Source: Paraspadella gotoi (lineage: Eukaryota; Animalia; Chaetognatha). Taken from it: 64,000 bases of DNA. Made by a program: the position numbers and the translations under genes. Under the pieces are notes generated by a model. The model searched no databases, had not been told where the DNA came from, and worked only from the letters and a program-made list of their open reading frames with translations. Shown piece by piece: positions 12,431 to 25,622 of the stretch; position 1 is the stretch's first letter, and each line of letters opens with the position of its first letter. Location of the stretch: positions 19,623,934-19,687,933 of the forward strand of contig CM119268.1 of the NCBI GenBank assembly GCA_051294375.1, in the 5' to 3' direction.

Positions 12431-13214
12431 AATAGCTTCTTTTTCTATCGCGGCTTCCTAATCAATATAAAATTCCGTGATTAAAGAATAGAAATGGGTC
12501 GCTTTTCAAAAAAGAGAGTCATTCTCTCTTTCCTTATTTTTGAAAACATGGCGCCCTTCCCTCCTTTTCCTTGGTCTTCCTTCTCTTCCTCCCTCCATCG
12601 GCCTCACCCCGTTAAGACCCTTTCCCTTTTTTTTATTTAGTTTGTTCTTTTGTTTCGTTTGACCATCATTAGGTCACGTGACTCGAATTGGGCGTGGCTT
12701 TCTTCTGATGAGTCGAGGTCTCCCCCTAGCTGTCGTCGTCGTTGTCTTAATCTTTACCATCATCGTCATTCGTCATCAAAATGAAGACTGGGAAATTGTC
12801 GTTATCGTTGTCATTGTCGTTGACATCGTCGTGAGTTTCATTAATGTCGTTAGCGTCTTTATAACCATTATCAATATAGTTAATGTCATTACCGGTGACG
12901 TTGTTACTATCTTTGCCGTTGTCAATTTCATTATCGTCGTCAATAACAATTGTCAATGTCTTCAACATCATCAATGTGATCGTCGTCGTTGTCATCCATG
13001 TCGTCGTCTTTATCGTCGTCGTCGTTATCGTTGTCGTCTTCTTCATCGTCGTCTTTTTTGTCGTCGTCGTCATAGTCGTCGTCATCTAACCGTCGTCTTT
13101 TCATCATCGTCATCATCGTCGTCGTCCACATCGACTTCGTCTTCATCGTCGTCGTCCACGTCGTCATCGTCGTCATCATCGTCGTCCTCATCGTCGAGGG
13201 AGAAGAGTTAATCA

Positions 13215-14267
13215 ATGGACGAAAACGACGTCGAGAGAAAGCGAAGATGAAGAAAGTAAAAGTTAAGGTGAATCAAATTGAAGCACAGGCTAAGGCGAAG
13301 GTGAAAGCAAAAGCGAAGGCAAAAGCAAAGGCAGAGGTGGATGCAAAGGCGAAGGCAAAGGTGAAGGCGAAGAAAAGGCGAAGGCAAAGGCGGAGGCAAA
13401 GGCGGAGGAGAAGGCGAAAGCAAAAGTGAAGGCAAAAGCAATGGCGAAAGCAAAGGCGGATGCAAAGGCAAAGGCGGAGGCAAAGGCGGAGGAAAAGTCG
13501 AATGCAAAGGGAAAGGCAAAGGCGGATGTGAAGGCAAAAGCAAAGGCGGATGCGAAGGTAAAGGCAGAGGCGAAGGCGAAGGCAAACGCAGAGGCAAAGG
13601 TGAAGTCGGAGGCAAAGAAAAGGTGGAGGTGGATTCAAATACCTTTGCCTTTTACCTTTGCTTTTGCATTTTCATTCGAATCCACCTCCGCCTCCACCTT
13701 TTCTTTGCCTTCGCCTTTGCCTCCGCCTTTGCCTTCACATCTGCCTTTGCCTTTGCCTTCGCATCCAAATTTGCATTTGCCTTTGCATTCAATTTTGCCT
13801 CCACCTCTGTTTTCGCTAATGCAGAGTCAAAGGTGGAGGAGAAGGTGAAAGCAAAAGGGAAGGTGAATGCAAAGGCGGAGGCGGTTGCAAAGGCGGAGGC
13901 AAATGCAAATGCGAAGGTAAAGGCAAAGGCAAATGTAAAAGCAAAGGTAAAGGCAGATGTGAAGGCAAAGGCGGAGGCAAAGGCAAAGGCGAATGCAAAT
14001 GCAAAGGTGAAGGCAAAAGCAAAGGTGGAGCCAAAGGCGGAGGAGAAGGTTAAAGTGAAAGAAAAGACTAAAGCAAAGGTGAATGTGAAGGCAAAGGAAA
14101 AGGCAAATGTGCAAGCAAAGGCGGAGGCGAATGCGAAGGCAAAGGCGGAGGAAAAGGTGGAGGCAAAGGTGGAGGCGGAAGCAAAGGCGAAGGCAAAGGT
14201 GAAAGCAAAGGCGGATGCGAAGGCAAAGGCGAAGGCGGAGGCAAAGGCAAAGGCGAAGGTGGAGTAG
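13215..14267 (+). repeat. Degenerate hexamer (Ala-Lys-type) array with internal inversion, copy B
   Basis: As copy A; inverted block ~13640-13815. The array ends with GTG GAG TAG. Confidence 0.85.
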
Positions 14268-14460
14268 AGCGATTGGTCAGTTCGATGAGCGAGTGAGTCA
14301 ATCGGTGACCGCGTTAGTGGGTAGAAGCTGAGATTGGTCAATGGTCAGGTAGAAAAAGTCATCACATTTTTTAACATAAATTTTTAATTGAAAATATTAT
14401 TCGAGAATTTAAAACTTTTTTTTTTTTGCTTGAAAAATGTAAAATGATAGTTTTAATGTG

Positions 14461-14609
14461 TTTTTAGTCGGATCTGCTTATCAGCAGGTCGGACTCCTAT
14501 ATTCACTTTGTAGGTCCGTCGGTCCGCCCCCTCAATATTGTCGGGCACTAACTTATATCATGTTCAGAACATCGAATTATGATAAATTATGCAAAAAAAA
14601 GATGTCCTC

Positions 14610-14672
<63 letters not shown>

Positions 14673-16036
14673 CGTCCCACCTTAGCAAAAAACACCAATT
14701 ACTCGTGATTGGATGGATGGATTTAAATGAAATTTGTGTGTGGATAGGTAAGTGTGTGATTGAGCTTGATATGAAGTTTCGATGGAATCGTCCGAGTGGA
14801 AATGAGTTTAAATTGAAAAAAATATTATTCACTATTTGAACACCAATTGCTCATGAGTGGAGGCTGATTGACCTTGGAATTTTGTATTGTTTGGTGATTG
14901 AACAAAATCATATTCGATGGAATAGTTTGAGTGGAATGAGTTTAAATGGAAAAAACAAAAAACCTGTTTTACTAATTATTATGCTTCTTTTTCCTTTATA
15001 TTAAATGTATATGCAGGATGTATTAATAAATCAAATAATTAATCATGTTAATTAATCAATAAATTAATATTAATTATGTCAATCAATCCCTCCATCCATC
15101 CCATCTTAGCAAAAAGCTCCAATAACTCGTGTTGGCTGGTTGGATTGGAATTAATTTTGTGTTGGGTTGGAAAGTGTGTGATAAAGGGATATAAAGTTTC
15201 AATGGAATCGTGTGAGTGGAAATTAGTTTAAATGGAAAAAACATAAGTCGAATTTACTAAAATCTTTTACTTATTTTAACCAATAAATACTCTAATTAAT
15301 CATAATTGGATGGATAGATTGGGTAGAAATTTTAGTGTGGTAGGAAAATTAGTACGAAGCTTGATATAAGTTTTCATGTGGAAAGTTACCAGTTGGAAAT
15401 GAGTTTAAATGAAAAAAATATTCATCATTTACTTGAATCTTTTTATTTATTTTAACCCATGATAGAGTGATTTGAATGAAATTAGCCGGTAGGAAAGTGT
15501 GAAGAAGCTAGATATAAATAGTTTGACGGAATGCAAGTTGAAAAAATATATATTCAAGTTAAAAATGATGCAATTAAAAAAATCTTAAAAAGCATAAGAA
15601 TCGTCGCTATTGCATAAAAAGATAGAGAGAGAGAAGAGGAGAGAAGAGAGTGAGAGAGAAAGAGAGAGAGTGAGAGAGAAGAGAGAGGAGGAGAAGAGAG
15701 AGAGAGAAAGGAGACATAAAATAATTAAAAAAACTTAAAAGACTCAAGATCGAGCCAGAGCCCACTATCAAAGAAAATTAATGAAAAAAACCGGGAAAAA
15801 AAACGAATGAATCACTGCGATAACGAATTATTGATGTAATTATTGATTAATACTAATTGATTGATGTAATAGTAATTTATTTGATGTAATAGAATGATTT
15901 TGATTCGATGATAATCAATTATTGATGCGATGATAGTCATTCACTGCTGTGATGATAGTCATTCACTGATGCGATGATTGTCATTCATTGATGCGATGAT
16001 AGTCAATAAAACAAACAAATGCGTGTATGAGTGAGA

Positions 16037-16085
<49 letters not shown>

Positions 16086-17116
16086 AGAAAGAAAGAGAAT
16101 AAATCCACGAAAATCTCGGATGAAAATATGGATTTTGTATTGAAAAAAAGCGCGGAATAAATGGCAATAATAAAAAGTTTTTAGCAGGAAAAAAAATAAT
16201 CAGAATTTTTCAAAAAACAAACGATCACGCTTAGATCGGACAGAGAGGGACAGACACACACAGAGAGACAGAGAGAGAGAGAGAAAAAGAGAGAGAGAGA
16301 GAGACAGCCGCTGCAGAGAAAAAGAGAGAGAGAAAGAGCGATATATAATAATTAAAAGAGAGAGAGAGAAAAGCTCTACAGCCCCTTTACTCGTTAAAGA
16401 ATCAGCAGTATTTATGGCGCCGGACGTAGTGTGAGCTCTTCTTTACCCAAAGGACCCGGGTTCGCACCCTGTTCGTGGCCTCATTTTTTAAATTTGTGAG
16501 CCCACATTATATATATATATATTATAAAGAGAGAGAGAGAGAGAAAGAAGCTGGACAGACGCTGGAGAGCCGGAACTCGTTTTTAGACAAATCAGAAGAA
16601 GCAGTTACGGAGAAAAAGAGAGAGAGAGAGAGCGACATATATTTAAAAGAAAGAGAGAGAGAGAGAGCGACATATAGAGTTAAAACCGTTTTTGTTTTGT
16701 AAATAAAACAAACAAATACGAATATTGATATGAAACATGAGAATTTTAAAGATCTTGATGATTAGAAGCCATATATGAAATTTCAACTCCCTATGATATC
16801 AACGCTTTCAGAAGCCATGGATTGCAAAAAAGCGTGACGCGAAAGCTAAACGAATCAAAATCTAGCCAAGGACGGGCCTTTGCCCGCCTGGCCTGCGATA
16901 ATAGAGGATATTTTGTTTGTTTGATAAAATGTAAAAAAACGATTTAATAACTGTCCCTGACTCAATTTTAAAGGACATCGATGATGACAAGCTGAATATA
17001 ATTATATTAATTATTAAAATTAATTAATTAATTAATCTATTAATTATTAATACTTATTAATTAATTATTAATTAATTATCGTCGGCAGATCCGACATTGT
17101 TTGCTCAAACTTGTTT
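14461..17116 (+). mobile_element. Complete HINE-1 interrupted by a reverse-oriented HINE-2b (~15728-16900)
   Basis: 5' tttttaGTCGGATCTGC. The HINE-1 consensus gagacataaaataa|atagaggatatt is split by the insert. 3' end is GCAGATCCGAC plus attgtttgctcaaacttgtttt. Confidence 0.75.
15728..16900 (-). mobile_element. HINE-2b, essentially full length
   Basis: 3' end cttaaaagactcaagATCGAGCC at ~15734-15756, gatgcgatgatagtcattc subrepeats, and the 5' hairpin at ~16860-16900. Confidence 0.7.
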
Positions 17117-17820
17117 TAGTTGGATCTGCTTTCAGCAGATCTCCGACTCTATAATTCCACTTTGGTCGGTCCCATCGGTTCGCCCTCTTAATATTGTCGG
17201 GTATTCACCTATATCATGTCAGAACATCGAATTAGGATAAATTATGCAAAAAAAACGAATGTCTGTCTGTCTGTCTGTCTCCTGTCCCTCCATCCGTCGT
17301 TCTGTCCATCCCACTTAGCAAAAACACGCAATTACTCGGATTGAAGGATGGATTGGAATGAAATTTTGTGTGTGGGTAAGGAAGAGTGTGATTGAGCTGG
17401 ATATGAAGTTCACATGGAAATCATCCAGTGGAAATGAGTTTAAATGAAAAAAAAAAAAAATATATTTCACTATTTGAACACCAATTACTCATGAGTGGAT
17501 GGGACGATTATGCTCGATTATGCTTCTTTTTATTTTTATTTTAAATGTAAATGCAAGATGTATTAATTAATCAAATAATTAATCAGTTATGTAATCAATT
17601 AGTCAATTAATTAATCAATACTTAATTAATCAGTCAATTAATCAATCAATATAAACATTTCGGATCAAATTAATTAATTACCTAATTAATTAAATAGTTA
17701 ACTTGAATAAAATATTTATTAATTATCTAAATAATTAACTTGAATTAATTAATTAATTATTAATTAATTACCGATAATGATCGTGGGCAGATCCGACATT
17801 GTTTGCTCAAACTTGTTTTT
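17117..17820 (+). mobile_element. Short complete HINE-1, head-to-tail with the preceding copy
   Basis: Begins directly after the previous 3' T-run. Both subTIRs and the 3' stem-loop are present. Confidence 0.75.
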
Positions 17821-18196
17821 TAATATCTATCTTTTATACCTATCCTTAAATATTTATGCTATTACGAATTAAATTATGTATTTAACTGAGAGAGAAAAAG
17901 ATAGACTGAGAGAGAGACAAAGAGACAGAGGCAGAGACGGAGAGAGATTTTCGCTCCACAGAGTTGGCGTAACGTCTCTTCTCGTCTCCTCGCCTCGCGT
18001 CACGCACGCGACGTTCAAGATGTCACGCTAAATGTCACGCGCGTCTCGAGAAACGCGAATGAGAATTCGATTCAAAAAATTTTAAAATACGTTAAAAACC
18101 AAAAGACACATTTATTTGAATTTTTTAAAGTTTCTCTCTTTCTATCTCTCTCTGATTGATTGAATGATTGTTTGAATGATTGATTGATTGATTGAT

Positions 18197-18545
18197 TGAC
18201 CAGATTCTACAAGTTGACCAAATTATGCCAGTTGACCAAATTATGCTAGTTGAGCATATTATGCCGGTTGAGCATTCTATGACAGTTGAGAAAATTAAGC
18301 CAGTTGACCAAATTATGCCAGTTGACCAAATTATGCCAGTTGACCAAATAATGCCAGTTGACCAAATTATGCCAGTTGACCAAATTATGGCAGTTGACCA
18401 AATTATGCCAGTTGATCAAATATTTTTTTCTTTCGAAAAAAAAATAATGCAACTAGATCAAATTATGCAAGTTGATCAAATTATGCAAATTGACCAAATT
18501 ATGCAAAATTACCAAATTATGCAAGTTGACTAAATTATGCAAATT
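18197..18545. repeat. 18-bp tandem array (GTTGACCAAATTATGCCA) within a HINE-1 variant
   Basis: About 19 units. A reverse-complement array lies at ~49640-49790 and a related 17-bp array at ~41900-42280. Confidence 0.85.
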
Positions 18546-18742
18546 TTTATTGGCGCAGCTACTGGTAATAATTGATAGATCAATTGATTTATGTATTTGT
18601 TCATATATTTATTAAGTCTGTTTTGATTTGTTATATTACAAATTGTTTTGATCTGTTAAGATCACAAATTGAAAGTCAGAAGATGATTTATCAGAAGATG
18701 ATTTATCATCGGATTAGCTTATTACCGCTTAATTATCGTAGG

Positions 18743-19396
18743 TAGAGCCAAACTTCGTCAATGGGGTGGGTCAGAAGTTTGATTTGGGAACCTTTCCAAA
18801 TGAAACTTCATACATTTCTGAGAAAACTTTCAATGGAGCAAAATTTTCTAAAATGGCAAGAAGCATTAGTAATTAATTTTTTAATATTTATTTAAAGATA
18901 GGAAATGTCAAAAAATTTTTGGGGAATTTTTTATTTTTAAAAGCAGATTCAAATAGCTTATGAAAAGTTATCTACACAAAGTATAATTCTTTTTTCAATA
19001 TTTTGATGATAAGTGGGTTAAAATTGAGAAAAACCTTAAAAAATCATCATCATCATCATCATCCGATGATTTTAACAGTTTTTACTAATTTTTAGTAATA
19101 AAACATCAAAATTTTAAAAAGTTGTAATTATATTTTTTGCTTAACTTTTTAAGCTCTATCAGAATCAATTAAAAAAAAACTTAAAATATCCAAAACAAAT
19201 TTTTGACATTATATAGCGATTGAATGAATGGATAATTTTTATATTGGTTGTACCAATTTCATAATAATATTAATTATCGAATTACTCCTGGTTCGGAACA
19301 TTTTTGCAAAAAAATATATTAACACAATAATTAATACCAATAATGGATTAGTTTAATGCTGTTCCCATTAAAATTTGAATTTGGTCGGCTACCGCT
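18743..19396. mobile_element. Old hAT-like MITE (family C) inserted in a HINE-1 3' end
   Basis: 8-bp TSD atcgtagg (18735-18742 and 19397-19404). TAG- start, degenerate TIRs, and internal similarity to 52991-53922. Confidence 0.55.
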
Positions 19397-19709
19397 ATCG
19401 TAGGCAGATCCGACAATGTTTGCTCAAATTTATTTTATTATTTGTTTTCTTCTTTAATTTTACTATTTTTTGACAATTTTTTTCTTAGTCTTCTATTTTT
19501 AGAACTATGTTTCCTTATTCTTTCCTCTTTTTCTGTCCAGGTATTTTACTACAACCTTTCTCTCTATAAATTTGTTTTCCATTTATTCTTTTTTACATTT
19601 TTAATCGTTTTCATACTTTAATTTTTATTTCAATACTTTTTCCTTTCCAAGTCATCCCAGTTTCTTTTCACTGCTCTTTGTTTATAACCTCTCTCTCTCT
19701 CTCTCTCTG

Positions 19710-19763
<54 letters not shown>

Positions 19764-19915
19764 ACTCTCTCTTTTTCTCTCTCTCACTCTCATTCTCACT
19801 CTCACTCTCCCACTCTTTAAGCCCCCTTCATTTTTTCTCCTATTTTTTTTCTATTCTTCTTCATTTTCTTCGGGTCGATGAAGACAGAACCACCGGAAAT
19901 GAGATGAGGATTGAA

Positions 19916-19970
<55 letters not shown>

Positions 19971-20311
19971 CGAATTTAAATAGAGAAGAGAGTGGACTGG
20001 TAAAATTTGGCTGATAAAACCTTTAATCTCAACTATTTTAATGAATACCGAGTTAAGAATATTTAACTAAATACAAGCTTGCGCTGATAAAATTAATTTT
20101 ATATTTATACGCATCTACATCGTTCATTCCCTTCGATTATTTGAAAATCTGATTCTTGAAAAAATTAGTTTTCGGTGAATTATTTTGATTAACGTCGATA
20201 TTCAATTACTTCACGAACTAATTTATATACATTCATAATAAAATAGCCTACAATTCATAGTGTGTTTTGGATTTCCTTAAGCCAATATTCCGATTCAATT
20301 AGACGTATTTA

Positions 20312-21047
20312 CAGTCATGTGCAAAAAAAAACGTGCCATTTTATTTCAGACTGTTAAAAATCACCTTTAAAATTGATTTTTTTTTTTAAATTAAAAGTGA
20401 TTTAGGTTTATGGAAGATAATGAGTTTGGCATAAATTTTTATTTAAATTTTTGTACTTTGGTTAAAAAAATCGCAGTAGTCCAGCTTGTTTACTTATAGT
20501 TACTGCTCATGCAATGGCATTAATATGAATTTCAAAAAAACATTTTGTGTTGCATTGTGACTAAGAGCCTTCGCTGTTATAAGATATATTTTTATGAAAA
20601 AAATGAAATGTTTTTTAAAATAATGGTTTATCTTACACATATAGAATTGGAGTAATGTGTCTGAGCAATCTGAAAGTCCCTTTTTTATTTAATTTTTTTT
20701 TTGTTAAAAAAAATTTGTGTAAATAAAAGTTGTTTTTTCATTGGTTTGGAGACAGTCAGAGTTTAAAAAAATCATATCTCCTAAACCACTGACCGATTTA
20801 ATAAAATTTAGATGTATCTCTTTTCTAAAAAAGTTATGATTGGTGTTAATAACCAAAACATTGTCCGATTAATAAAATAGAACGTTTATTACCAAAATCA
20901 AAACTCTTCTACTTTGTAACTAATAAATTTTAGATACATTGATTCCTTTTTTAAAAATTATTTTTATTATTTTAAGTATAATGTTTTTAAAAGTAGAGTA
21001 TCTGGAATTTTAAGTTATAAAGTGGCGCGTTTTTTTGCACAGGAGTG
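20312..21047. mobile_element. Tc1/mariner-type MITE
   Basis: Imperfect TIRs CAGTCATGTGCAAAAAAAAACGTGCCA and TGGCGCGTTTTTTTGCACAGGAGTG, flanked by TA on both sides. Confidence 0.7.
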
Positions 21048-21052
21048 TAGGT

Positions 21053-21766
21053 TAGGGTGAAGTAAAAGTTTGGAATAAAAATTTAGCAGATATATCTTGA
21101 AAACTATTATGAAATTGGTACAACCAATATAAAAATTATCCATTCATTTAATAAATAAGCTATCTTGCCCCTGACTTTGGACAGGCTTTGGTGGTTTAAG
21201 GCCTCCATTACTCTTACAAGATAATGACATTGCAGGTCCCTGCAAGCTTTCAATATATTAGTGAATAGTAATCTGTGATTTTTTTTTATATATATTTTCA
21301 GCTTATTTTGTATAAATTTCAAAATAGTTACTTAAACATTTTGAGAACAGTTTCAGATTCCTCATAAAAAGTTAATAAAAGAAAATATTTTTCAAAAATT
21401 ATGTTATTAAGTATAGTAAAAATATAAAAAAACTATAATTTTAAGCTAAAAATTAAAAATTGGCATATTATATATAGTTTTTTACGTTTTTGACCAACTT
21501 AATGAAATAATTTTCAAAAAATAATTATACTTTTTTATATCAACTTTTTGCAAGGAATCCAAATCCGTTCTTAAAATTAAAAAAATTCATTTTGGAATTT
21601 TAGCTTATTATATACTTATTATTATATATAAATATAGCTTACTGGTGCCCACTAACCTATAAATTTAAAAAATAAATTTACCAAAGTATATTTATTGGTT
21701 TTTATTTTTATGTTCTATATTCTAAATTTTAATTTCATGAAATTTTATTGTTTTCACATCGCTCTT
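21053..21766. mobile_element. hAT-like MITE family B, degenerate copy
   Basis: Ends TAGGGTGAAGTAAAA and TTTTCACATCGCTCT. Reverse-complement homolog of 46564-47179. TSD is not clean. Confidence 0.6.
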
Positions 21767-23041
21767 TACATACTGTAGGTATGTTTTTTTTTTCAAAAGA
21801 GTCCAGATTTAAAATACAAAAAATAATAAGGAAATATTTGACCGCTGGTTTGACCCATAAACTGATGCAGGGTGAGAACCAATCTGACCAATATTCCAAC
21901 TAAAGTGTCCACATAGTTTTGAGTCTCTTGTTCCAATTTCTGCTAAAAATAACCCATTTAACGACACATGTGTTGTTAAAGGGGAGAAAGAGAGAGAGAG
22001 AGAGATCCAGCCTTCCCTCGTCAACGCAAATAAAACCCGAGGAAAAAGAAAACACTTTTTTTTTGTTTCAAAGGTTTTAATTAATGTCGTGGAGGCAATT
22101 AGATTGTGTCGGTGATTAGTGGTTGCTAATTAGTGGTTGGTAATTAGTGGTTGGCAATAGATATTTTGTAGTATACTAACAACAGTTGCTGGGAGGATTA
22201 TAATATACATATATATATAATAACCAGTGGCTGCGCCAATACTTGTAAATCACTTTCAAGGGCTTAAACTGAACTGTGAGCGGCACTAATAACATTTTGG
22301 TACTTGCAAAAATATTTTATAAATCAAAACAATATTATTTTTGTTTTTATATATGATAAAAATTATTTGATCAAGACATAGAATAAAAAATATAATAAAT
22401 ATATATATATAATAAAAAATTAAAAAAACAATTGCNNNNNNNNNNTAAAAAATATAATAAAATAAAATAGAATAAGAAAAACATACTTATTAAAAAATAT
22501 ATATATATAATAAAAAATTAAAAAAAACAATTGCTATTTTGTTGAAGAGCAGGTGCAAATGAAGATCTAGTGGGTGAAGATAAATTTTATTTTTAATGTN
22601 NNNNNNNNNNNNNNNNNNNNNNNNNNNNNNNNNNNNNNNNNNNNNNNNNNNNNNNNNNNNNNNNNNNNNNNNNNNNNNNNNNNNNNNNNNNNNNNNNNNN
22701 NNNNNNNNNNNNNNNNNNNNNNNNNNNNNNNNNNNNNNNNNNNNNNNNNNNNNNNNNNNNNNNNNNNNNNNNNNNNNNNNNNNNNNNNNNNNNNNNNNNN
22801 NNNNNNNNNNNNNNNNNNNNNNNNNNNNNNNNNNNNNNNNNNNNNNNNNNNNNNNNNNNNNNNNNTGTCTTACAAAAAGCTTTCGAGTAGAATAGGGTAA
22901 AAATACAAACAAAATATAATGGGACTCTTCTATTGTTTCATATAAAAAGATTAAAACATCTGGTGGATGTATTTAAACTAAAATTGATTGCTATTTTGTT
23001 TTTCAAAATGCTTTTTTGTTTGTGAAGCCATCTGGTTTATT

Positions 23042-23862
23042 AACAAGTTTGAGCAAACAATGTCGGATCTGCCCACGATCATTATCGATAATTAATTAAT
23101 TAATTAATTAATTATTAATTATTTCAAGTTAATTAATTATTTAAGTAATTCATAATTAATTTATTAAAGTTAATTATTTAATTAATTAGGCAATTAATTA
23201 ATTAATTTGAGCTGAAATGTTTGTTTTCATTGATTAATTGACTGATCAATTAATTATTGATTAATTGACTAATTGATTAATTAACTGATTAATTATTTAA
23301 TTAATTAATACATCTTGCATTTACATTTAAAATAAAAAGAAAAAGAAGCATAATCAATTAGTGAAACAGGTTCTTTGTTTTTTCCATTTAAACACATTTC
23401 CACTCAAATGATTTCATCGAAACTTGATTTCCTGTTCAATCAGACACTTTTCTACCCACATGCAAAAAATTCCAGGTCAATCGCCCCATTTACTCATGAG
23501 TAATTGGTGTTCAAATAGTGAAATATATTTTTTTGTTTTTTCAATTTAAACTGATTTCCACTCGGACCATTCCATCGAAACTTCATATCCTGCTCAATCA
23601 CACAATTCCCTACCCACACACAAAATTTTATTCAAATCAATCCATCCAATCACGAGTAATTGGTGTTTTTTTTGCTAAAGTGGGACGGATGGATGGACGG
23701 ACGGATGGACAGACGGATGGACATCTTTTTTTTTTGCATAGTTTATCATAATTTAATGTTCTGACATGATATAACTGAATGCCCGACAAGATTGAGGGGG
23801 TGGACCAACAGACCGACAAAGTGAATTATTGAGTCGGGATCTGCTGAAAACAGATCCGACTA
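23042..23862 (-). mobile_element. Complete HINE-1, reverse orientation
   Basis: acaagtttgagcaaacaatGTCGGATCTGC at the left and gtcgggatctgctgaaaaCAGATCCGACta at the right, with a (GGAC) microsatellite. Confidence 0.8.
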
Positions 23863-24273
23863 TAATTTAATATTAAATAATTAATTATCTGATCAGCTGC
23901 TTACTGCTAATGATCGTGGGCAGATCCGGCATTGTTTTAAAAAGATATAAAATTAAAATCAATCTGAGCGAATTCAATGATTGTTTTTCACTGGATGAAA
24001 GGGAGACAGAAAAGGGAGGAAAAAAAAAGAAAGGAAATGAATGAGAGAAGGAAAAAGAAAAGAAAAAGTAGGAAAAGAAACAAAAAAAAAACAGTAAGCT
24101 ACTTTTTAATTTGACTCAGGCCCTTTGGGTCACGGGAAATTCCCAGGCCAATCTTCCGACAGTTTGAACCCATTTTCCATATGCCATCGGATTGGATCTC
24201 TCTCTCTCTCTCTCTCTCTGTCTCCGCGATTGAGTTAAGCTGTCTGGGAAGGGTAAAAATGTTTAGTTGCTTA

Positions 24274-24819
24274 TTTTTAGTCGGATCTGCTTTGTCGGTC
24301 CGTCGGTCCGCCCCCTCAACCTTGTCGGGCATTCACTTACATCATGTCAGAACAGCAAATTATGATAAATTATGCAAAAAAAACGATGTCCGTCCATCCT
24401 TCTGTCTGTCTGTCCGTCCGTCCATCCGTCCTTCCGACGTTCGTCCCACCTTAGAAAAAAACACAAATTACTCGTGATTGGATGGATGGATTGAAGTGAA
24501 AATTTTTGTGTAGGTAGGGAAGTGTATGATTGAGCTGGATATAAAGTTTCGGTGGAATAGTTCAAGTGGAAATGAGTTTAAATGGAAAAAACAAAAAAAT
24601 ATATTTCACTATTTGAACACCAATTGCTCAAGTGGATGGGGCGATTAACTTGAAATTTTGTATTTGGTTATTTGTATTTTAAATGATTATGTAGATGTAT
24701 TAATTAATCAAATAATTAATCAATTAATTAATCAACAAAAACAAACATTTTGGATCAAATTAATAAATTAATTGCCTAATTAATTAAATAATTAACATTG
24801 TTTGCTCAAACTTGTTTTT
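24274..24819 (+). mobile_element. Internally deleted HINE-1
   Basis: 5' subTIR, microsatellite and 3' stem-loop are present. Confidence 0.7.
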
Positions 24820-25567
24820 AGTGTGCGATCATAGTACATTAAAAATTTAGATATGGCTTCTCATCTTGAAATAGCTTTGATATTTTCTTATTACATTTGG
24901 ATTTAAGTAGTTTTTGTTTGAATTTCCACTTCATTAAGATTTACTGCAATATGCAAATGAGATTATAGTACTAATTAATATATCCAAATTAATATATAGA
25001 AATGCTTTAATCTAATTTACATATTGAAGTATATAATATTGAAGATGAAATTCAAAAATTTTTTTAAAATCTATAATTAAAATGGGAAAACAAAGGACCT
25101 TTTTAATGAGAAGCTATATCTTAATTTTAATACAAATAAAAATAAAACCTTTTACAAGCTATGATTGGAAAAAATTGTAACAATTTCCAATTGTAAACAA
25201 TTGTAACATTTTTTTTCCTTTGTTTTATTTCTTTAAATTATGTATATGTATTTTTCTTCCTATTATTCTCAGTTGCTGACTCTTCTGAACCCTATAAAAA
25301 CGAGTTCAGGCTCTGCAGTGATTATACAACTGCCTTCCATCGGCTGTCCATCTTTCTCTCTTTCTTTCTTTTTCTGTCTCTCTCTGTCTCTCTCCCTCTC
25401 TCTGTACGATCTCTTGCGTGATTGTTTTTTGAAAAAAATTGATTATTTTTTTCTTTTAAAAATTTTTATTATCGCCATTTATTCTGCGCTTTTTTCTCAA
25501 TGCAAAATCCCAAATTTACATCCGAGATTTTCGTGGATTTATTCTCTTTCTTTCTCTCTCTCTTTCT

Positions 25568-25622
<55 letters not shown>

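Noticed and set aside
18192-18533. MPVDQI-repeat ORF
   Set aside because: This is an 18-bp array inside a HINE. The related 17-bp array shows there is no frame constraint.
22490-22912. ORFs made of X residues
   Set aside because: Artefacts of the 266-N gap (22600-22865).
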